DNA from: Clostridiales bacterium
GTDB taxonomy: Bacteria; Bacillota; Clostridia; Lachnospirales; Lachnospiraceae
Length of the DNA: 64,000 nucleotides
Reading direction: 5' to 3'
Assembly: GCA_029338615.1 (NCBI GenBank)
Contig: JAQYAS010000115.1
Span: 5,640 to 69,639, forward strand
Both the position numbers and the translations under genes were made by a program. Under the pieces are notes generated by a model, which did not search any database, was not told the origin of the DNA, and was given only the letters and a program-made list of their open reading frames with translations. This document shows positions 20,337 through 29,795 of this stretch, one piece after another; within the stretch, counting starts at the first letter, position 1; each line of letters begins with the position of its first letter.

Positions 20337-21494
20337 ATGAAACATCTCATCAACAAAGGACTTCTGCTGATCTCAGCATTTGTCATAATATATACACAGC
20401 ATACAGGCATAGACACCCGGCTCATAACCGCACTTCTCCTGTCACTCATTGCCGGTTCAGTCTACCCGGCACTGACCGGCATCACTGCAGTGAACAGCTC
20501 CACCACTAAGAGCGTCGAAGAACACAGCAGGATATACCCATACATATGTGAGACGCTGATATGTGTGTATTTTATCTCCGCATTCTGGCTGCAGCCAATA
20601 TATATGTTCACATCCATAGTCAGCTATGACATGTACAGATACAGACAACGGCTGTCACCAGTCATACTTGTCCTGTTATCCATATACATGTGCGTCAACT
20701 ATCCTCTGATGTCAGTTCTCCCGCAGATATGCCTCATCGCATTCTCATTTGCTATGAGCGTGTACTGCTGCCGGATAAATCTGCTGATGGCGGAGCTTCT
20801 TGCCATGAGGGACAATACTGCAGAACACGACATGCTGGTTGCACAGAACACACGCCAGCTGCTGGAAAATCAGGACAACATGGTGCTCACCGCCACCCTG
20901 TCAGAGCGAAACAGGATAGCCAGGGAGATTCATGACAATGTCGGTCATATGCTCACCAGATCCATACTTCAGACCGGTGCCATCAAAGTTATCAACAAAG
21001 ACGAGCGTCTTGAGAAGCCCCTGGCACAGCTGCAATCTACGCTGGATACCGCAATGGACAGCATGAGAAAAAGTGTCCACGATCTACACGATGAATCCAT
21101 AGACCTGCGCACTGCCCTAGATGATGTGATCAACAACGTCAGCGACATGGACATCTACATGGATTACGACATGTCAGATAAGCTTCCAAGAGAGATCAAA
21201 TACTCATTCATCAACATAGTAAAGGAAGCCATTAACAATACGCTGAAGCACAGCAACGGCGACCATATGGATATCCGCGTGCGGGAACACCCGGCATTTT
21301 ATCAACTGTATATAACAGACAATGGACAGAACATCCGCTCCGGTCCATCCCCGGCACAAGGAAGCGCTTCTGGCGGTATGGGCTTAAATGGTATCCAGGA
21401 AAGAGTAAACAAACTTGGAGGCACAATGAAGATATCAACCGACGACGGATTTTCCATATTGATCAATATCATGAAAAGAGATTTTACAGACTGA
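20337..21494 (+). CDS. membrane sensor histidine kinase, HisKA_3 type (LnrJ/DesK-like)
   Basis: Multi-TM N-terminus; ERNRIAREIHDNVGH, EAINNTLKHS, DNG, GGMGLNGIQERV; ATG after GGAG. Confidence 0.92.
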   Translation: MKHLINKGLLLISAFVIIYTQHTGIDTRLITALLLSLIAGSVYPALTGITAVNSSTTKSVEEHSRIYPYICETLICVYFISAFWLQPIYMFTSIVSYDMYRYRQRLSPVILVLLSIYMCVNYPLMSVLPQICLIAFSFAMSVYCCRINLLMAELLAMRDNTAEHDMLVAQNTRQLLENQDNMVLTATLSERNRIAREIHDNVGHMLTRSILQTGAIKVINKDERLEKPLAQLQSTLDTAMDSMRKSVHDLHDESIDLRTALDDVINNVSDMDIYMDYDMSDKLPREIKYSFINIVKEAINNTLKHSNGDHMDIRVREHPAFYQLYITDNGQNIRSGPSPAQGSASGGMGLNGIQERVNKLGGTMKISTDDGFSILINIMKRDFTD

Positions 21495-21547
21495 ATTCCA
21501 AACAGATATGCAAAATATCCTGATTATAAATAGGAGGAAACCGACAA

Positions 21548-22198
21548 ATGAATGTAGTTATAATAGATGACGACCAACTGGTGGCACTGTCACTTCAGAC
21601 CATACTCGAAGCCTGCGACGACATACAGGTATCCGCCACGGGAGACAGTGGAGCTGATGCGATCAGCCTGTATGAAGAATATAACCCGGACGTTCTCCTC
21701 ATGGACATCCGCATGGAGAACATAAATGGACTTGAGGCTTCTGAAGCTATCATGACCACACACCCGGATGCGCGTATTCTGCTTCTTACAACTTTCTCAG
21801 ACGATGAATATATCATAAAGGCTTTAAGTCTCGGTGCAAAGGGTTATATTCTCAAGCAGAATTTCGAAAGCATTGCTCCGGCAGTAAAAGCCGTATTCAA
21901 TGGACAGACTGTATTTGGCGAAGAAATAATAGACAGGCTTCCCTCTCTACTCGGGCACAGCCATACTGCCAACACATCGGTTGAACCATCGCCTTTTGCA
22001 GGAGTACAATATGAGCTCAGTTCTAAAGAAATGAACATAATACAACTGGTTGCTGACGGTCTCAATAATAGAGAAATAGCCGAATCTCTTTTTCTGAGTG
22101 AGGGAACTGTCAGAAACTACATCAGCTCTATATTGGATAAATTGCAGCTCAGAGACAGAACCCAACTAGCATGTTTCTTCTATAAACACCTAAATTGA
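21548..22198 (+). CDS. NarL/LuxR-family response regulator (LnrK/DesR-like)
   Basis: IIDDD, LLMDIRM, LLTTF, GLNNREIAESLFLSEGTVRNYISSILDKLQLRDRTQ. Confidence 0.95.
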   Translation: MNVVIIDDDQLVALSLQTILEACDDIQVSATGDSGADAISLYEEYNPDVLLMDIRMENINGLEASEAIMTTHPDARILLLTTFSDDEYIIKALSLGAKGYILKQNFESIAPAVKAVFNGQTVFGEEIIDRLPSLLGHSHTANTSVEPSPFAGVQYELSSKEMNIIQLVADGLNNREIAESLFLSEGTVRNYISSILDKLQLRDRTQLACFFYKHLN

Positions 22199-22213
22199 AT
22201 ACCTTCTTTTATT

Positions 22214-22276
22214 AAAACAAAAACCACAAGCTTTGTAATTGCATATATACAATACAAAACTTGTGGTTCTTTTGTT
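22214..22276. terminator. bidirectional terminator
   Basis: AACCACAAG / CTTGTGGTT arms with A/T tails between convergent genes. Confidence 0.7.
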
Positions 22277-22347
22277 GTGATGCCTGTCTGCTATCTAAAT
22301 ATTTTGTCACTTATTTATACCCGGGTGAAAGGTATAAAATATATACA

Positions 22348-22950
22348 CTACTGAAGTGCAGCATCTACACTTACATACTCTGTTGAAATATAACCTATAG
22401 AGCCGTCATATAACATTACTCCTACCCAGCTCTCATCCTGCGATACTACATCAAATTCTTCCCCGCTGTTAACTGTTGCTATCACATCCGAATCCCATGA
22501 CTGTTCTGTCTGAACATCTACTCCATCATAGAGTACAGCAGCTGTTACTCCCTTCATTATCTCCGTAGAAGGTTCTTCTGTAGTTACCTCCTCTGTTGTG
22601 ATCTGATCATCTGTAACTATAACACTGCCAGATGCATTGCTTGCAACCCTTGTTGTATCTCCTGCAGATACATAACTTCCTGTTGGAACAGCTGCATCAA
22701 TTGCCACTTCAATACTTCCATCTGCCATCATAACTGCCTGACTCTTTGCTATTGTCACGCCTTCATTGGCATACAACTCATCTGCCAATGGATCTGCATT
22801 CTCGCCAAAACTTACAACTGCAAATACACAAAGAGCCATAATGACTACTAGTGCTGTCATCAAAATATTGTGTTTCAAATATTTATAACTCAGAACATTT
22901 CTTCTCATATTGTCAACAAATCTTCTAAATCTGCTACGCGAACGTGTCAT
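22348..22950 (-). CDS. membrane-anchored protein with C-terminal SH3b domain
   Basis: Basic N-terminus, one TM, Thr/Glu linker, 'VIATVNSGEEFDVVSQDESWVGV...GSIGYISTEYV'. Confidence 0.75.
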   Translation of the reverse strand: MTRSRSRFRRFVDNMRRNVLSYKYLKHNILMTALVVIMALCVFAVVSFGENADPLADELYANEGVTIAKSQAVMMADGSIEVAIDAAVPTGSYVSAGDTTRVASNASGSVIVTDDQITTEEVTTEEPSTEIMKGVTAAVLYDGVDVQTEQSWDSDVIATVNSGEEFDVVSQDESWVGVMLYDGSIGYISTEYVSVDAALQ

Positions 22951-23021
22951 GTATTTTTCCCTCTTTATTATCTATATATTCAAAATTTTTCGTAATTATT
23001 TATTTACAAAGAACGTATATT

Positions 23022-23069
23022 TGTTACATTTCTGTTAAATATAATACACTACGTATACACATGTGTCAA
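23022..23069 (-). promoter_or_regulatory. sigmaA promoter of the SH3b gene with an adjacent WalR-type box
   Basis: TTGACA-17-TATTAT on the minus strand (23069-23041); TGTTAC-N5-TGTTAA at 23022-23038 on the plus strand. Confidence 0.65.
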
Positions 23070-23218
23070 CCGAATATGACAAAAAACATCAATTTCTAGT
23101 GGTTTTTTACAATACATATTAACGATATGTTGTGTTTTGGTAACATTGGGTTTTTGTTACTGAAAATATCTCCTTTTCGTGATATTATTACGTATAGTAC
23201 ACTTATGGAGGCCTATAT

Positions 23219-23935
23219 ATGCGATTAGACAAATTTCTTGTTGAGATGGAAACAGGGACCAGAAGCCAGGTCAAACAGTATATTAAAAAGGGAATGGTCA
23301 CGGTAAATGATATACCTGCCAAGAGCCCTGACATGAAAATTGATGAAAATCAGGATATTATAAAATACAACAACAGACAGCTTACATACAGCAGATACAA
23401 ATACTTCCTGCTTAATAAACCAGCCGGATATGTCAGTGCCACAAGAGATAATGTACATCCCACTGTCATCGATCTTCTAAAAGGTGAGCTCACCAGGGAT
23501 CTCTTTCCTGTCGGCAGACTGGATATTGATACAGAGGGGCTGCTCATTATCACCAATGATGGAGCACTCTCCCACAGACTATTATCTCCGGCACACCACA
23601 TTCCCAAAACTTACTACGCAGAAATTGACGGGTATGTCACATCTGATGTTGTAGACCTGTTTAAAAAAGGCGTTAATATTGGAGATGAGGATCTCACCCT
23701 CCCGGCAGAACTTCATATAATCAAAGCCGACAAAGACATGGGAAAATCATCTGTAGAACTCACAATAACCGAAGGTCGATTCCATCAAGTCAAACGAATG
23801 TTCCAGTCAGTTAATATGACTGTTACTTTTCTCAGACGAATTTCCATGGGATCTCTGAATATAGATGAATCTCTGCCTGTTGGCTCTTACAGAGTTTTGT
23901 CCGATATCGAACTTCAACGACTACAGAATTGCTGA
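23219..23935 (+). CDS. rsuA: RsuA-family pseudouridine synthase
   Basis: S4 domain MRLDKFL, LLNKPAGY, catalytic GRLDIDTEG, ITEGRFHQVKRM. Confidence 0.88.
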   Translation: MRLDKFLVEMETGTRSQVKQYIKKGMVTVNDIPAKSPDMKIDENQDIIKYNNRQLTYSRYKYFLLNKPAGYVSATRDNVHPTVIDLLKGELTRDLFPVGRLDIDTEGLLIITNDGALSHRLLSPAHHIPKTYYAEIDGYVTSDVVDLFKKGVNIGDEDLTLPAELHIIKADKDMGKSSVELTITEGRFHQVKRMFQSVNMTVTFLRRISMGSLNIDESLPVGSYRVLSDIELQRLQNC

Positions 23936-23949
23936 TAACTTCTCCACCC

Positions 23950-23996
23950 AAAAGTGGCAGATACCAATTACTTACTGGTACCTGCCACTTTTTATT
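23950..23996. terminator. bidirectional terminator
   Basis: AAAAGTGGCAG / CTGCCACTTTT arms. Confidence 0.85.
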
Positions 23997-24007
23997 TCTC
24001 ATAATAT

Positions 24008-25132
24008 TTATTTCTCAAGACCTGTTATATATTTATCCAAACCATCTGCGATTCCCTTTGATATCTTATCCTGATATTCATCTGTAACCAGCAGCTGTTC
24101 ATCTGAAGGCGTTGTAATATATCCAACCTCTACTATAGTTACAGGAACTGTACTCCAATTAATACCGCTCATGGTATCTGTCTCCCATATTCCATCGCTT
24201 TTTGCTCCAGTGGCTGCAAGGAGTCCGGATAACACGTCAGTCGCCAGATCTTTACATTTGTCATATATTCCTGAATTGTATGGATTGGACGATGTCTGAC
24301 ACACTGTCATAACACCACTTGCCGATGCGTCTGTGGAACCATTGCTGTGAATCTTGATCACGGCATCTGCGTTCAGGTTGTTTGCATATTCTGCTCTGGT
24401 CGCATTGCTGATATCCACGTCATTGGATGTTCTGATCATCTTAACTGTATATCCCCTGGATGTAAGCTCTGCTTCCAGCTTGTCCGCTATCTGCAGATTC
24501 AATTCATATTCAGCAATTCCTGTTGTAACTCCGGTATTACCGGTAGTTGCCTTAACCTTGGTCTCTGTAGCAGCCGGACCTATCGGTTCTGTCTCACTGT
24601 TGGCTGTCTGCTGGTGACCCGCATCAATAACGATCATCTTGCCCTCGCCGACATTGGATGAAGCCGCCTGCTCAGTCGTATTCTCCGATGAATCAGATGT
24701 GGTATCCTCCGTAGATGCATCCTCTGTGGTGCCGCCTACAACCTCCAACAGCTCTGAAAATATATAATATTCTCCTCCATCTATAGATACCTTACTCCAT
24801 TCATCGTTATAACCTACTCTGTCAAGTTCAACATCATTTGCCAGCTCCTGATACACCTCGCCGTCTGTGGAAGGTGTTGTTCTTACATTGACATAGTCAA
24901 GGGTCTTAACCTTATCTTTGCAAATGGTAAATCCATCTTTATCCTTCTCAGGCTGAGCTTCCGTTGTAGCCTCTGTTGTTACAGCAGTTGTGGCCTCTGT
25001 TGTTGTCTGAGTATCTGTCTGCTCAGCAGTCGTAGCCGAGTCTTTTTTACTTCCACATCCTGCTAACGCCAACATAGATGCAATTCCCAGACACAATATG
25101 ACCTGTTTTATATATTTCTTCTTCATGAACAT
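24008..25132 (-). CDS. N-acetylmuramoyl-L-alanine amidase (Amidase_3) lipoprotein with SH3b domain
   Basis: Lipobox LAG-C; VNVRTTPST SH3b; IVIDAGH, EYELN, IKIHSN, TIVEVGY zinc-amidase motifs. Confidence 0.9.
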   Translation of the reverse strand: MFMKKKYIKQVILCLGIASMLALAGCGSKKDSATTAEQTDTQTTTEATTAVTTEATTEAQPEKDKDGFTICKDKVKTLDYVNVRTTPSTDGEVYQELANDVELDRVGYNDEWSKVSIDGGEYYIFSELLEVVGGTTEDASTEDTTSDSSENTTEQAASSNVGEGKMIVIDAGHQQTANSETEPIGPAATETKVKATTGNTGVTTGIAEYELNLQIADKLEAELTSRGYTVKMIRTSNDVDISNATRAEYANNLNADAVIKIHSNGSTDASASGVMTVCQTSSNPYNSGIYDKCKDLATDVLSGLLAATGAKSDGIWETDTMSGINWSTVPVTIVEVGYITTPSDEQLLVTDEYQDKISKGIADGLDKYITGLEK

Positions 25133-25148
25133 CCTCCATAAATGATAT

Positions 25149-25234
25149 TGAGCAGGCGCATTTGTAGGCGCTTCGTGCGGCGCCTGCGTTCTTCATAAAG
25201 ATTCCTCCCGCTCGCGCGGGTCCCTCCTTATGAA
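25149..25234 (-). repeat. GC-rich two-hairpin REP-like element in the amidase 5' leader
   Basis: TTCATAAGGA...TCTTTATGAA stem enclosing CCCGC-GCGA-GCGGG, followed by GCAGGCGC...GCGCCTGC. Confidence 0.6.
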
Positions 25235-25301
25235 TAGTTACAATACATCGTCTTATTGTAACACAATCGTAATACACACACAAGTAAATTGCTCAAATAC
25301 C

Positions 25302-26573
25302 TTACACGCCCATAACTGCCGCACATATACCCTCAAGCTGTGCATAGTCATCCGCACTTCCAAGTTCAACTGCCGAATGCATGGCAAGTATCGGAATTCC
25401 CATGTCCACCGCTCTTACAGGAAGATATGATGAAGCGATCGGCCCCAAAGTCTGTCCGCCTGCCATACCTGATCTGTTGACCTGACGCTGCACCTTTATT
25501 CCATTCTCCCTTGCCAGTGCCATAATAACTGCTGAAGCTGCACTGTCGGACACATATCTCTGACTGGCACTGGACTTAAGTGCAACACCATGCCCCATGA
25601 TAATCTGATTTGTCGGGTCACTCTTTTCTGAATAGTTAGGATGTGTTGCATGTGCCACATCAAGAGACAGCATAAATGCATCCCTCATGATCCGTCTCCT
25701 GTCATTTTCCTCCATGTCCAGTCCTTTCATAAGTCTGTAGATTATCTCTGACAGAAGCACCGAGTCCGCTCCCTGCTTTGATCTGCTGCCAATCTCCTCA
25801 TTATCGAATAATGAGATCACATTTATACAATTTCCCTTTTCTGCTCTGCACATAGTGTCAACAAGAGCTGCAACAGAAGTAACATTGTCAAGCCTTGGAG
25901 AAGCTATCATGTCCTTCTCTGCTCCAACCACCTCCATATCATCCATATTGTACAGATACAGATCATAGTCAAGTATATCGTCCTTCAATAATCCCAGATC
26001 ATCAGCTACATACTGAATTATATCGGTATTTTTCACTTCATGCCCATTCAGTCCATACACTGGGATCAGCTCCTTCTGTACATTCATCTTTTCCCCGGAT
26101 GTGTCTTTTCTGAGGTGCGGAGCCAGACTTGGCACTATGCACATTGCACGCTCCGAGTCATACAGATAAGTTTCAGGTCTGAACGGATCTGCTGTCTGTG
26201 TCATAACCTTTCCGGCAATTCCAAGCGGTCTATCAAACCACGTCTCCTTGATGAGTCCTCCATACGGCTCAACATTAAGTGTCTGATAACCGCATCGATT
26301 CATATCCGGCTGAGTCTTGATCTTAAGCATTGGGAAATCCGTATGTGCCAGCCCAATATTTAATCTGCTATACTCAGGGACATCACCTATAGCAAATGCC
26401 ACCAGCATAGATGGATAAGGCTTCACATAATACCGGCTACCGGCTGTCAGATGCCAGCACTCTCCCATATCCAGAGCCCTATAATCATTCGCCTGTAATA
26501 TATCCTCACATTCCTTCACTATATGAAACTGTGTTATTCCTCTGTCAAGAAGTCTGCAAAGTGTATCTATCAT
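25302..26573 (-). CDS. M18 family aspartyl aminopeptidase
   Basis: AHTDFP, RLDN, DNEEIGS, LDVAHATHPNY, LAMHS; ATG after AAGGAGG. Confidence 0.92.
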   Translation of the reverse strand: MIDTLCRLLDRGITQFHIVKECEDILQANDYRALDMGECWHLTAGSRYYVKPYPSMLVAFAIGDVPEYSRLNIGLAHTDFPMLKIKTQPDMNRCGYQTLNVEPYGGLIKETWFDRPLGIAGKVMTQTADPFRPETYLYDSERAMCIVPSLAPHLRKDTSGEKMNVQKELIPVYGLNGHEVKNTDIIQYVADDLGLLKDDILDYDLYLYNMDDMEVVGAEKDMIASPRLDNVTSVAALVDTMCRAEKGNCINVISLFDNEEIGSRSKQGADSVLLSEIIYRLMKGLDMEENDRRRIMRDAFMLSLDVAHATHPNYSEKSDPTNQIIMGHGVALKSSASQRYVSDSAASAVIMALARENGIKVQRQVNRSGMAGGQTLGPIASSYLPVRAVDMGIPILAMHSAVELGSADDYAQLEGICAAVMGV

Positions 26574-26710
26574 AATAATAAACCTCCTTATAGAAAGGAT
26601 TTTAGTACAAATATCCGTCTTATACAATTACCTGCGCTCTTAATTTGTGATAAAAATATCTGCCTGTTCAACACAAATTGATTTTTAATACAATTCATTT
26701 ATCAAATAAC

Positions 26711-26739
26711 TTGCTCTGTCGTCCAAAAGGCTGTATAAT
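26711..26739 (+). promoter_or_regulatory. sigmaA promoter for tyrA-aroA
   Basis: TTGCTC-17-TATAAT. Confidence 0.55.
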
Positions 26740-26821
26740 CGCCATTAGATACTTTAGCGCTTTCATGCGTCAAACTGTTAAATCAGTTGTTTTGACGCCA
26801 TATATATAAGGAGATGACTCT

Positions 26822-27916
26822 ATGAAAGATTTTTCAATAGGATTTATCGGTCTGGGACTTATCGGAGGATCTATTGCCAAATCCATCCACCGCATTTTCC
26901 CTGATTACAGAATAGTCGGTTTTGACAATAATCTGTCCACGCTCAAGGAATCAGTCTCCGATGGGACGCTGACTGAATATACAGATGACATACACACTAT
27001 AGCTGGGTGTAACTATATCTTTCTGTGTGCACCGGTCCACTATAATATAGAATACCTGCGCCAGCTCAAACCATTCCTTACAGACAGCACCATACTGACT
27101 GATGTTGGAAGCGTAAAGCTCGACATATACGAAGCAGTCCAAGAGCTTGGACTTGCCAGGTATTTTGTCGGCGGACATCCTATGGTCGGCTCTGAGAGAT
27201 CTGGCTACGAAGCGGCCACCGACAGGCTCATAGAGAATGCCTACTACTTCATTACACCTGCAGACGGAGTTCTGCCGGGCAAGACTGCGGAGTTCTCCAC
27301 ATTTATCGGAGATCTGGGCGCAATACCGATCACATACTCACCTGTTGAGCACGACCGTATAACCTCTTACATAAGTCATGTGCCCCACGTCATAGCCGCC
27401 TCACTGGTCAACCTTGTCGCAGCGGCAGACAGCCCGGACAATATATTTAAGTCACTGGCAGCCGGTGGTTTCAAAGATATAACCAGGATCGCATCCTCCA
27501 ATCCGGTGGTATGGGAGCACATTCTTCTGGCAAATCCTGACAATATCGTAAACGGTCTTCAGGAATATGTTGAGCTTATAGACAAAATGATTTATCATAT
27601 TAAACAGCGCGATGCGGCTGGGATAAATGCTTTTTTTGCATCCGCCAGAGATTACAGAGATTCCATTCCTAACAACAGTAGCGGTGTCATAAGAATGCAC
27701 CATGAACTGTTTGTAGATATCCCTGACGAGGCTGGTGCACTGGCAAAGGTGACAGCTTTTATCGCAGAGGCAAAGATAAGTCTCAAGAACATCGGAGTCT
27801 CCCACAACCGGGAGGATGAGGAAGGGGTTCTCAGGCTCTCATTCTACGATGCTGATGCAAGACGGAATGCGCAGGATGTGCTGAAGGCCGCAGGCTATAA
27901 AATTTATAACCGTTAA
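26822..27916 (+). CDS. tyrA: prephenate dehydrogenase with C-terminal ACT domain
   Basis: IGLGLIGGSIA, TDVGSVK, GGHPMVGSE, SHVPH, GFKDITRIASS. Confidence 0.93.
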   Translation: MKDFSIGFIGLGLIGGSIAKSIHRIFPDYRIVGFDNNLSTLKESVSDGTLTEYTDDIHTIAGCNYIFLCAPVHYNIEYLRQLKPFLTDSTILTDVGSVKLDIYEAVQELGLARYFVGGHPMVGSERSGYEAATDRLIENAYYFITPADGVLPGKTAEFSTFIGDLGAIPITYSPVEHDRITSYISHVPHVIAASLVNLVAAADSPDNIFKSLAAGGFKDITRIASSNPVVWEHILLANPDNIVNGLQEYVELIDKMIYHIKQRDAAGINAFFASARDYRDSIPNNSSGVIRMHHELFVDIPDEAGALAKVTAFIAEAKISLKNIGVSHNREDEEGVLRLSFYDADARRNAQDVLKAAGYKIYNR

Positions 27917-28043
27917 GTAAAAGCAGTTATAATCTTACTGTCACCTATCGGCAAATAAATTCGCGGCTCATTTTATATTAAGCCGGAGAATAAAATATTT
28001 TAACCAGACATATTACACTAGATTAAAGGAATACTGAGAATTT

Positions 28044-29321
28044 ATGAAGATCAACAGAGTAAAATCACTTAACGGAGAGATAACCATACCGGGAGACAAA
28101 TCCATCTCCCACCGTTCCATCATGTTCGGTTCAATCGCAGATGGAATAACCGAGGTACACGGATTTTTAAACGGTGCCGACTGCATTTCCTCAATGAACT
28201 GTTTCAGACAGATGGGCATAGATATCGATTATGACGGAGACATTGTAACTGTACATGGAAAGGGACTGCATGGACTGTCAAAGCCTGAAGGCACACTCGA
28301 TGTCGGCAACAGCGGAACAACCACCAGACTTATATCGGGTATACTTGCCGCTCAGCCATTTGCAAGCAGGCTTATAGGTGATGCTTCTATATGTAAGCGC
28401 CCTATGAAGAGAATCATGACGCCTCTCTCCATGATGGGTGCCGACATCACATCCGAACTCGGAAATGACTGTGCACCGCTCCTTATAAACGGAAAGGAAC
28501 TCCATGGAATACACTACAACTCACCTGTCGCGTCAGCCCAGGTAAAATCATGTGTACTCCTTGCCGGACTCTACGCAGACGGAGAGACAAGTGTCACCGA
28601 ACCATATGTGTCAAGAAACCACACTGAACTCATGCTTGAGTCATTTGGCGGCAATATAAAAACAGAGGGAACTACGGCTACCGTAAAGCCTGTGGATAAG
28701 CTTGTTGGACAGAAGATACTTGTACCTGGAGATATATCATCAGCTGCTTACTTCCTTGTTGCAGGACTTATCACTCCGAACTCATGCATCACCATCAAGA
28801 ATGTTGGAATCAACCCGACCAGAGACGGAATACTTGAAGTAATCAAGGCCATGTGCGGCGATATGGAATACTCCAATGTAGTGAACGGATGCGGTGAGCC
28901 AACCGCTGACATAACAGTCAGGACATCAAGTCTCAAGGGCTGTGTCATTGAGGGTTCCATCATACCAAAGCTTATAGATGAGATTCCTGCCATAGCAGTT
29001 CTCGCATGCTTTGCAGATGGCGAGACTATCATCAGGGATGCCCAGGAGCTCAAGGTCAAGGAATCAAACCGAATAGATGTCATGGTAAACGCTCTCTCAT
29101 CCATGGGTGCAGACATAACCGCAACCGATGACGGAATGATCATACGTGGCGGAAAGCCTCTCCACGGAGCCGTGATCGACAGCCACTTAGACCACAGGAT
29201 CGCCATGAGTTTTGCCATCGCAGGACTGAACGCTGATGGCGATACAGAGATCACCGGAGCTGAGTGCGTGAACATCTCATATCCGGGATTTTATGATGAT
29301 CTGGCTGGACTGGAACGTTAA
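28044..29321 (+). CDS. aroA: 3-phosphoshikimate 1-carboxyvinyltransferase
   Basis: PGDKSISHR, GNSGTTTR, SAQVKS, SRNHTE, LIDE, KESNRI, DHRIAM. Confidence 0.97.
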   Translation: MKINRVKSLNGEITIPGDKSISHRSIMFGSIADGITEVHGFLNGADCISSMNCFRQMGIDIDYDGDIVTVHGKGLHGLSKPEGTLDVGNSGTTTRLISGILAAQPFASRLIGDASICKRPMKRIMTPLSMMGADITSELGNDCAPLLINGKELHGIHYNSPVASAQVKSCVLLAGLYADGETSVTEPYVSRNHTELMLESFGGNIKTEGTTATVKPVDKLVGQKILVPGDISSAAYFLVAGLITPNSCITIKNVGINPTRDGILEVIKAMCGDMEYSNVVNGCGEPTADITVRTSSLKGCVIEGSIIPKLIDEIPAIAVLACFADGETIIRDAQELKVKESNRIDVMVNALSSMGADITATDDGMIIRGGKPLHGAVIDSHLDHRIAMSFAIAGLNADGDTEITGAECVNISYPGFYDDLAGLER

Positions 29322-29336
29322 ATTTTTCATCAATAG

Positions 29337-29395
29337 TAAAGGCGTCACTGCTGTTTATGATGCTTCGCATCCTACGATAACAGTGGCGCCTTTGT
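29337..29395. repeat. long hairpin after aroA (terminator or REP-like)
   Basis: AAAGGCGTCACTG / CAGTGGCGCCTTT arms enclosing GATGC-TTC-GCATC. Confidence 0.55.
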
Positions 29396-29412
29396 TTCAC
29401 CCAGTGCTCTTG

Positions 29413-29472
29413 ACTTTTACCAGAACCATTTGGACCAGCAAATACAAGAACCATCGGTTTTCTATTTTGCAT
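29413..29472 (-). pseudogene. 5' remnant of a zeta-toxin-like/AAA P-loop ATPase
   Basis: MQNRKPMVLVFAGPNGSGKS Walker A, after which the frame runs into the aroA-end hairpin; its ATG overlaps the stop of the upstream small gene. Confidence 0.7.
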
Positions 29473-29692
29473 ATTTTATATCTCCATTTGCATATTCAAT
29501 ATATGCTTTTTTATTCTCTTTATCATATCCCGCTATTGGTTTTTTACATACTCTGGCTTTATTTATTGCAGCTTTAACCGCCTCAACAGCTCTGGCATCC
29601 ATCTCCCGATCAGACAACGTTAACGTTTTACTTTCTTCTTCTCTTGATACTACATTTATTATCTTCCCACTTTTCGTGCTCACTGTTGTCAT
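29462..29692 (-). CDS. small hypothetical protein, probable antitoxin partner of the P-loop remnant
   Basis: 76 aa, GGCGGTG RBS, DARAVEAVKAAINKARVCKKPIAGYD...YIEYANG; coupled to the P-loop remnant. Confidence 0.65.
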   Translation of the reverse strand: MTTVSTKSGKIINVVSREEESKTLTLSDREMDARAVEAVKAAINKARVCKKPIAGYDKENKKAYIEYANGDIKYAK

Positions 29693-29795
29693 ACAATCAC
29701 CGCCTTTATACTTTTTATTATATATATAATTCATGATTTAAATAGTCTTATTTTATAATTCATTTTACCACAGTTCATGGACTACTCACAACAAC

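Noticed and set aside
24940-25030. Short tandem repeats in Thr/Glu linkers (amidase; also 30168-30191)
   Set aside because: Ordinary low-complexity linker coding, in frame, with no sign of phase variation.
25047-25283. 78-aa ORF spanning the amidase leader
   Set aside because: It is a translation of the hairpin element and overlaps the amidase start out of frame.
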